DNA of 20,766 bases. Source: Abditibacteriaceae bacterium (lineage in GTDB: Bacteria > Armatimonadota > Abditibacteriia > Abditibacteriales > Abditibacteriaceae). The translations under genes and the position numbers were made by a program. The notes beneath the pieces were generated by a model that worked only from the letters and a program-made list of their open reading frames with translations, searched no databases and was not told the DNA's origin. Positions 1 through 6,272 of the stretch are shown one piece after another (the stretch's first letter is position 1; each line of letters starts with the position of its first letter). The DNA lies in the NCBI GenBank assembly GCA_031372065.1, contig JANMKN010000292.1, forward strand, positions 1 to 20,766, written 5' to 3'.

Positions 1-53
1 CCTTCCATGAAAGTGTTGAGCCGTGCGGCGTCGTCCTTGCACCTGCGTTCGCT

Positions 54-2738
54 ATGCTTTCTTCGGTTCAAGACCGCTATTTGCCGCCCGATCACGAGGC
101 TTTCGTCGCCGCGCAACCGCCGACGGGCCGCGTCATCATCATCGCGCCGACGCGCGCGGCGTGCGAAACCATCGAAATCGCGCTGACTTTGCATCTCGAA
201 ACGTATCTCGAAACCACGCACGGCCAGAATTTGCGTGAATTGGCGCGCGGGGGACGCGGTTTTGGCATCGTGGCCGGCACGGGAACAGGAAAAACGCTGG
301 CCGTGCGCCCGATTGCCGAAGAGATTTTACAAGCGCCTTTAAAAATCGGCGTTGTGAATCGCGAACGCGAAGCCACACCCGAACTGCCAAATCTCAACGC
401 CATTGTTGTCACAACCGGCATCGCCCGACGTTGGTTTCAAGACGGCGATATTTTGCCGCATGACACTTTGGTGGTTGATGAAATCCATCAAACGTCCGCC
501 GAATTGGAATTGTGTTTGGCTTTGGGCAAACGCGTCGGCTGCCGCTTTATTTGGCTTTCGGCGACAGTTGACCCAGCTTTTTATCGCGCTTATTTGAATT
601 CGGCAGATGTTTTGGAAGTGTATTCTTTCGACCCGAAAAAAGCCGCGAAAGTCGAAGTTGTCAACAAAGAAGCGCGCGAATTTTTGAATGAGCGCTTCGT
701 TCAGGAAGCCATCAAACAAAAGCGCGGCATCGGCCTTTTCATGCCAACGCGCGCCGGAGTGGAACAAGCTGCCTCCGCTGTTCGCGCGCGTTTTCCGCGT
801 TTGAATGCGGCGTTTTATCACGGGGGCGAGCCGGTGCGCGCCATTCGGCCTTTTTTGGAAGAAGACGGCGCGCCGAAGCCGTATTTATTGGCGATGACCG
901 CTGCGGGCCAAAGCGCCCTCAACGTGCGCGGCTTGGACACGGTTATCATTGACGATTCGCGCTTTACCAATGTTATTCAGCGCGGGCGCAATGTGCTGAC
1001 GCGCTTGCATTTGGGCAGCAACGAAATTTTGCAAATGGCTGGGCGCGTGCATGGCCGCGTCGAGGGCGGGCGCGTGTTTATTTTGTCGGATCGCGCCATC
1101 AATTTCGCCTCGCTCAAACCCACTGCGCCCGAATTTCAATTGGCGGGCGATTCGGAGCGCGTGGCTCTAACTTGCGCCGATTTGGGCGTGCGCGCCGACG
1201 AACTGGACTTGCCTGTTCCGCTGGACAAATTCGCTTATCGCCGCGCCTTTTCGGAATTGCAACAACGCGGCATCATCAACGAAAGCGGGCGCTTGACAAG
1301 CTACGGCAAAGCCATCGAAACCTTGCCGGTTGACCGCGCGTGGGCCGAACTTATCGTCAACGGCGACAAAGATTTGCTGCCTTATTTGGCCGTGATGAGT
1401 TCGATTGAAAGTTTGCATCGCATGACGCGCGACGAACACGATTTGCGCGGCTTGGTGGCGCCCGGCAGCGATCATTTGACGACGTATAATCTTTACGCCG
1501 AAGCCTTTGCCGCTGCGGGTTATATCGGCGAAGTTCACGGTTTGCCGCGCCATTTGTTCGACACCGAAGCAATTAACAAATGGGCCGAGGAGCGCGGCGT
1601 TTTGGTGAAAACCATCGAAGACGCGGCTTTGGCGATGGCCTGTGTTTTTCGCAGCGTCGGCTTGCCGTTGCCCGAAAAAATGCCGCCCGCCACCACGAAA
1701 ATCGGGCAGCGCTTTACCGATTTGCTGGCGCAGTTCATGCCGTTCGATTTGGTGATTGACGGCGTAACTTCTGACGGCCAAGACGCGCGTGTTTCGCGCT
1801 CAAGCGTCTGCGCCGAATGGGGTGCGATTGCCGGTTCGCTCAGTTTTTTCGCGGATCGTCAGGGCGTGCCGCGCGCTTTCATCGAAGGCACCAGCATTCC
1901 CTTGAACACTCTGCGCCGCTACGCCAAACGCGGCGTGGCCGAGTTCATCTATGACGGACGCTATCCCAACGCGCCCCTGCTTCTCAAGCGCAGCACGCAG
2001 TATTTCGGCTTTGTTTTGGAGCGCCAAAACGACCCGATAAAACAGTTCCCACCCGAATTACTTCCGCAAGCGCAGCGCGCTTTGGCCGAAGCTCTGGCGC
2101 GCTTTGAAGCGCAGCACAAAGACATTTTCAAAAACCGCGAAGTCGTGGACGAAGTGCGCGAATTGTATAACCGCTCCGGCGCGCAAACCGCCAAACTTGG
2201 TTTCGCGGAATTGTCCGATGTTTACGCCCAAAAATTAGCCGCGCAAAATGTAACTTCACTTTTGGAATTTCGCAACGCCGATTTGAATTTGCACGCCGAC
2301 GATTTCGTGCCGCCCGATGTGCGCGAAAAATTATGGGCGCTGCCGGCGAAATTTTTGGTTCAAAATCACGAAGTCGAAATTGATTACGATTTGGAAGACG
2401 AAGACAGCGCGCCGCTCGCCGTGGCGCGCTTGCGCTTGCCCGAAAAAATCGCGCGTTCCATAAAGGAAAGCGAGTTGCCGATTTTAGATCGCCCTTTGCG
2501 TTTCATCGTCAGTCGCGGCTCACGCGGCGCCTTGCGCGCCGACACTTTGGAAATGCTGCAAACTTTGCTCGAAGGCCCGTGGACGCCAACGGAAAAACAC
2601 GAACACCGCACGGCCCCCACAGAAAAGAAAGTAGTGCAATCCAGTCGCAAACCCAAAACAGAACATCGCAAAGGCGCTTCCAGCGGTCCGCGCAAATTCC
2701 GTCCACGCGGCCCCAAAGGGCCGAAAAAGCCGCGCTAA
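54..2738 (+). CDS. SF2 DExH-box helicase, HrpA/HrpB-like, with atypical N-terminal motif order
   Basis: 894 aa. Walker A GTGTGKT, Ib-like VVTTGI, DEIH, SAT, IV-like FMPTR, V-like TAAGQSALNVRGLDTVIID, VI QMAGRVHGR, HA2-like GRLTSYGKAIETLPV, GSDHLT, basic K/R/P tail. The frame is open to the window start, so the true start could lie upstream. Confidence 0.85.
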   Translation: MLSSVQDRYLPPDHEAFVAAQPPTGRVIIIAPTRAACETIEIALTLHLETYLETTHGQNLRELARGGRGFGIVAGTGTGKTLAVRPIAEEILQAPLKIGVVNREREATPELPNLNAIVVTTGIARRWFQDGDILPHDTLVVDEIHQTSAELELCLALGKRVGCRFIWLSATVDPAFYRAYLNSADVLEVYSFDPKKAAKVEVVNKEAREFLNERFVQEAIKQKRGIGLFMPTRAGVEQAASAVRARFPRLNAAFYHGGEPVRAIRPFLEEDGAPKPYLLAMTAAGQSALNVRGLDTVIIDDSRFTNVIQRGRNVLTRLHLGSNEILQMAGRVHGRVEGGRVFILSDRAINFASLKPTAPEFQLAGDSERVALTCADLGVRADELDLPVPLDKFAYRRAFSELQQRGIINESGRLTSYGKAIETLPVDRAWAELIVNGDKDLLPYLAVMSSIESLHRMTRDEHDLRGLVAPGSDHLTTYNLYAEAFAAAGYIGEVHGLPRHLFDTEAINKWAEERGVLVKTIEDAALAMACVFRSVGLPLPEKMPPATTKIGQRFTDLLAQFMPFDLVIDGVTSDGQDARVSRSSVCAEWGAIAGSLSFFADRQGVPRAFIEGTSIPLNTLRRYAKRGVAEFIYDGRYPNAPLLLKRSTQYFGFVLERQNDPIKQFPPELLPQAQRALAEALARFEAQHKDIFKNREVVDEVRELYNRSGAQTAKLGFAELSDVYAQKLAAQNVTSLLEFRNADLNLHADDFVPPDVREKLWALPAKFLVQNHEVEIDYDLEDEDSAPLAVARLRLPEKIARSIKESELPILDRPLRFIVSRGSRGALRADTLEMLQTLLEGPWTPTEKHEHRTAPTEKKVVQSSRKPKTEHRKGASSGPRKFRPRGPKGPKKPR

Positions 2739-2866
2739 ATTCGTCATTTGCGCCGAGCGTTTTTTGATTAAGCCGTTTGGTGTAAATCTTTCGGGCAAAC
2801 GAAACTGACCGAAGCTCGGTTGTGTGATGCTCAAAGGTATTCCACCTTGAATAAGGTGCCTTTATC

Positions 2867-3319
2867 ATGTCCAGTTCAGTAAAAATGTATCTTGCGCTGT
2901 GCATGGGGGCTCCCTTTGGGGCATTGGGTTTGTCTCTTTTACCTTATGTCATGGCTGGTGTTCTTGTGCCAGCTACATTAGGTGATGGGCAATTTGGGAT
3001 GATATTTTTTGAAACTTTGCCAGCCGGTGCTGTTGGTGGGTCGTTTTTATTGCTGTTTGTTTTAAATAAAAAGGAGCCACGCGTAACGGATGACCACTTT
3101 AAGGCCGTAGTGCTCTGGACTCTTTTGGGCTGTTTTCCTCTGGCGATTGTTCTATTTTTCCCTTTGATGTTTGTAATAGTCGAGGTTGAAAAAATCTCCA
3201 AAATTCTGGCTCAACATGCGCAACCAGCCTTATTCATTGAATTGTTTCTCATAATCCTGCTGGTGTTGATTTTAGGTATTCGCTTTATTCAAAAATTAGA
3301 ACATAAATTATCCTCATAG
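2867..3319 (+). CDS. hypothetical membrane protein (about 4 TM helices), AT-rich
   Basis: 150 aa ORF with several long hydrophobic segments; AAGGTG upstream of ATG; visibly lower GC than the helicase gene. Confidence 0.65.
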   Translation: MSSSVKMYLALCMGAPFGALGLSLLPYVMAGVLVPATLGDGQFGMIFFETLPAGAVGGSFLLLFVLNKKEPRVTDDHFKAVVLWTLLGCFPLAIVLFFPLMFVIVEVEKISKILAQHAQPALFIELFLIILLVLILGIRFIQKLEHKLSS

Positions 3320-3402
3320 TGACCTAACTAAAGGCCTCTTGTAACAGGTTGAAGCCTCCAATTACTATAAAAGTTCCACACCGATTTATCCTCTGAAAAA
3401 CG

Positions 3403-3440
3403 CAAAAGCGCCCCGCGAAAACTTTCGCGGGGCGCTTTTG
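3403..3440. terminator. bidirectional intrinsic terminator-like hairpin
   Basis: Perfect 18-bp inverted repeat CAAAAGCGCCCCGCGAAA-ac-TTTCGCGGGGCGCTTTTG with T tracts on both strands. Confidence 0.8.
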
Positions 3441-3478
3441 GTGGTGGTTTTAACCGCCGGAAAGTTCGCTGCCTTGCG

Positions 3479-3568
3479 TTAGGGCCGTTTTGCGTGCGGC
3501 GTGGTGGTGGTTTGTCCGTTCGCCACAGCGTTTAGACGTCTGGGACAGCGTTTAGACGTTTGGGACAT
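3479..3568 (-). CDS. possible 29-aa micro-ORF (MSQTSKRCPRRLNAVANGQTTTTPHAKRP)
   Basis: SD-like GAGGGAGAGG 7 nt before ATG at 3568; no recognisable homology. Confidence 0.3.
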   Translation of the reverse strand: MSQTSKRCPRRLNAVANGQTTTTPHAKRP

Positions 3569-3573
3569 CGTTT
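3525..3573. repeat. 20-bp tandem duplication (2 copies plus a partial third)
   Basis: ACAGCGTTTAGACGTCTGGG (3525-3544), ACAGCGTTTAGACGTTTGGG (3545-3564), ACATCGTTT (3565-3573). Confidence 0.9.
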
Positions 3574-3592
3574 TTCCTCTCCCTCAAACAAT

Positions 3593-3631
3593 CAAAAGGC
3601 GCAGAGATCATAAAAATCTCTGCGCCTTTTG
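3593..3631 (-). terminator. intrinsic terminator of the discoidin-domain gene
   Basis: 16-bp inverted repeat CAAAAGGCGCAGAGAT-7 nt loop-ATCTCTGCGCCTTTTG, 15 nt past the stop codon at 3647. Confidence 0.8.
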
Positions 3632-3646
3632 GTTGGTGATGAAATT

Positions 3647-4162
3647 TTACTTCGTCAGAAATTCAATTTCGCCGACGTTGCCCCAGCCTTCATCGGGCGC
3701 GAGGTAACGCAGGTAGCGAAACTTTTTATCGGAATCAATCTTTTTGATTTCCATCCATTCAAATGGCTCGGCGTCAATGGTAGCCAAGGTCACGGCGTCT
3801 TTGAATTCGGGATTATCGGCGCCTTGAAACTTGCCGCCGACCATGCGTCCGGGAAAGTCGTCGCGCGGATAATAGCGAATTTTCGTGACTTGCGAGGCTT
3901 TGCCTTCGCCCAAATCCAGACCTGCCCACACGCCGTTGCCGTTGGTGTCTTCCGGCGCATCGAAAAACGTGCTGTGATCGCCGTCGAATGCTTTGGAGCG
4001 GTCATTGCCGCCGTCCTGATACGAACCCGCCGTGCCGATAACGGTGCCTTTGAGAACCGTAAATTCAGCCGCGAGAGTTTGATGCGCGCCCAGCGCCAGG
4101 CCCAGCATTGCCCCCAAAGTGCAAGCTAACAGACTGCGCCGCGAAACCTTCTTTGTCAACAT
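3647..4162 (-). CDS. secreted discoidin / F5/8 type C (CBM32-like, galactose-binding fold) protein
   Basis: Start moved to ATG 4162 (GAAAGGA RBS). Signal peptide with SRRSLL, a hydrophobic core and TLA-A cleavage; motifs AFDGD-STFF, WAGLDLG, KIRYYPR, FRYLRY, GEIEF. Confidence 0.8.
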   Translation of the reverse strand: MLTKKVSRRSLLACTLGAMLGLALGAHQTLAAEFTVLKGTVIGTAGSYQDGGNDRSKAFDGDHSTFFDAPEDTNGNGVWAGLDLGEGKASQVTKIRYYPRDDFPGRMVGGKFQGADNPEFKDAVTLATIDAEPFEWMEIKKIDSDKKFRYLRYLAPDEGWGNVGEIEFLTK

Positions 4163-4249
4163 GGAACGTCCTTTCAAACAAAAGTAATCCGTAGATTACC
4201 AGATTTTGACACTCATTTCTTCTCGCAAGATTCACGGTAAAATTTCCCT

Positions 4250-4993
4250 GTGCCTGAAAACTCAACACAAAAGAACAAGCAAATTTTAATCAGCGAAATT
4301 TTCGGCCCGGTTTTACAAGGCGAAGGCGCGCTTATTGGCCGCCCGACGCTTTTTGTGCGCACTGGCGGCTGCGATTTTGTTTGCGATTGGTGCGATACGC
4401 TTTACGCGGTTTTGCCCGAATATCGCGCGCAATGGACGCCGATGAGCGAAGACGCCATTTTCGCGCGCCTCAATGAATTATCGCGCGGCGTGCCGATGCT
4501 GGTCACGCTTTCCGGCGGCAATCCGGCGTTGCAACCGTTGGGAAAATTAATCGCCGAAGGTCACGAACGCGGCTACACCTTCGCGCTCGAAACGCAGGGC
4601 AGCATAGCGCGCGATTGGTTCGCGCAGCTTGATTATTTAGTTTTGTCGCCCAAGCCGCCAAGTTCGCAAATGCCGATGGATGATAAAAAATTAAGTCGCT
4701 GCATCGCCGCTGCCCGCCAAGAGCGTGAAGAAGGGCACATCTCACTAAAAGTTGTGGTCTTCGACGACGATGATTATCAATTCGCCCGCAACGTGCAACA
4801 GCAGCACGCCGATATTCCGTTTTATCTGCAAGTCGGCAATCCGTTTAGTCAGGACAGCGAGCCATTTTCGCCAGAGCAACTGACTGACAAATTACGCTAC
4901 TGGGGCGAGCGCGTATTGGCTGATGGCTGGCACAATGTCACCGTATTGCCGCAAATGCACGTTTTGATTTATGGCAACCGGCGCGGCGTTTAG
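4250..4993 (+). CDS. queE: 7-carboxy-7-deazaguanine synthase (radical SAM)
   Basis: EIFGPVLQGEG, FVRTGGCDFVCDWCDT (CxxxCxxC), LSGGNP, ETQG, LSPKPPSS, LPQMH. Confidence 0.95.
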   Translation: MPENSTQKNKQILISEIFGPVLQGEGALIGRPTLFVRTGGCDFVCDWCDTLYAVLPEYRAQWTPMSEDAIFARLNELSRGVPMLVTLSGGNPALQPLGKLIAEGHERGYTFALETQGSIARDWFAQLDYLVLSPKPPSSQMPMDDKKLSRCIAAARQEREEGHISLKVVVFDDDDYQFARNVQQQHADIPFYLQVGNPFSQDSEPFSPEQLTDKLRYWGERVLADGWHNVTVLPQMHVLIYGNRRGV

Positions 4994-5104
4994 TTAGCTT
5001 TATGACTGAAGGCCTTGAGTTGGGCTTGCAATTTGCCGTTTACTCTGCGGCACCGTCGGACTCCACTTTTCAAAAAAAAAGGTAGCCAAAAACATTCGGA
5101 GCCG

Positions 5105-5120
5105 TGGCATTGCTTTTGCA
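5105..5120 (+). promoter_or_regulatory. candidate sigma54 (-24/-12) promoter
   Basis: TGGCATTGCTTTTGCA matches TGGCAC-N5-TTGCW with one mismatch and exact GG-N10-GC spacing, 67 nt before ATG 5188. Confidence 0.6.
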
Positions 5121-5187
5121 AAGGCTTCGGAACCACTGGAAAGTCGGAAACAAACTCGTGGAGAAAATTCCAGGGAGGAATAAAAAC

Positions 5188-6183
5188 ATGATTCAAAAGA
5201 CGGGAAAAGGACGTTTGATTCTTGGAGTGGCTCTTGGAGCCGCTGCGCTGAACGCACCGACATTGACGGGAACCGCTGTAGCAGACCATCAGATGATGGG
5301 GGACATGGCTATGTCCGCGCCGATGATGGTGAGCGGCAAGGTCAACAATTACTGGACGGACGAGTCCGGTTATGTAACTGCTGTGGACGTGCAAACAGCC
5401 AATGGCCCCGCCGTAGTTCGTCTTGCGCCGGGTATGGCTATGCGCACCATGCAATTGTATCCAGTTGGCTCGATGGCCGATCTGTGGGTCAAGGGCAGCA
5501 TGGAAGGCGGTATGCAGAAGTGGGATATGGTTGGTATGGGCAACAAGCAGCCGACCAGTTGGCAGAGCGCGATGGCCGGTCGCAGTTGGAGCAGCCTCAC
5601 AGCGATGCCTTACACCGATGGCGACCCTACCTACATGAGTGTGGCGGGCAAGCTGAAGAAAGTGATCGTGGACGATAAGGGCCAAATCATGGGTTTGATC
5701 ATCGAAACCGCATGGCTGGGCAAAGGCGCGGTGCATCGCACCATGTCAGGCCGCAATGTGCCAACCGAAGTCACTTGGAAGTCAACGGATGGTGGCGCTC
5801 CGATGTGGACTTTGGTGCGTGTTCCGATGGAAGGCATGAGCGCTCCGAACCATGACGAGGGAATGCGCCGTAAGACACCCTTGCTGCTCAATGACGACAT
5901 TGAGGCCACAGGCTATGTAGAATCTGCCTTATATGGCGCCGCTTCGTCTTATAGCCACCGTTTTGCAGCCACAGGCGTTTCGGTCAATGGCCGTGGCGTC
6001 GGTGAAATGGGTTATGGTGTGTATAAGCCAAACACCAAAACACTCTTGAACTTCGATCTCAAACTCCCGCTCATCAATAACGGATCATCCAGCGATTTGC
6101 CAATCGTGCCGATGGGCTACGAAGTTTACAACCCGCAAGCCGGTGCCAACATGAGCATGGGCAACGCCATGATGAGCAAGTAA
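5188..6183 (+). CDS. secreted methionine-rich hypothetical protein with two related beta-rich (possibly OB-like) modules
   Basis: Start moved to ATG 5188 (GGAGG RBS). Signal peptide ending AVA-D; about 30 Met in 331 aa by hand count, no Cys; internal similarity VSGKVNNYWTDESGYVTAVDVQT / VAGKLKKVIVDDKGQIMGLIIET. Confidence 0.8.
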   Translation: MIQKTGKGRLILGVALGAAALNAPTLTGTAVADHQMMGDMAMSAPMMVSGKVNNYWTDESGYVTAVDVQTANGPAVVRLAPGMAMRTMQLYPVGSMADLWVKGSMEGGMQKWDMVGMGNKQPTSWQSAMAGRSWSSLTAMPYTDGDPTYMSVAGKLKKVIVDDKGQIMGLIIETAWLGKGAVHRTMSGRNVPTEVTWKSTDGGAPMWTLVRVPMEGMSAPNHDEGMRRKTPLLLNDDIEATGYVESALYGAASSYSHRFAATGVSVNGRGVGEMGYGVYKPNTKTLLNFDLKLPLINNGSSSDLPIVPMGYEVYNPQAGANMSMGNAMMSK

Positions 6184-6206
6184 TTCTTGTTCCTCAAGAA
6201 GCCGTA

Positions 6207-6243
6207 AAAAAGAAAGCCAACCGAATCGGTTGGCTTTCTTTTT
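6207..6243 (+). terminator. intrinsic terminator
   Basis: AAAAAGAAAGCCAACCG-aat-CGGTTGGCTTTCTTTTT shortly after the stop at 6183. Confidence 0.85.
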
Positions 6244-6272
6244 GTCTTTATAGCGCGGCGAGGCCGGAACGC

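Noticed and set aside
3322..3484. Integron attC site (ACCTAAC after the stop of the AT-rich ORF, GTTAGGG at 3478)
   Set aside because: The span of about 163 bp is too long, there is no continuous attC stem or L boxes, and no integrase or other cassettes are present.
4250..4993. queE as part of a 7-deazaguanine DNA modification (dpd) system linked to the MTase block
   Set aside because: No dpdA/tgt-like, queC, queD or folE genes here; more than 6 kb including housekeeping genes separates it from the block.
4990..5736. 248-aa His-rich minus-strand ORF and other antisense ORFs
   Set aside because: His richness is the reverse complement of the many ATG and GTG codons of the Met-rich gene; a shadow ORF.
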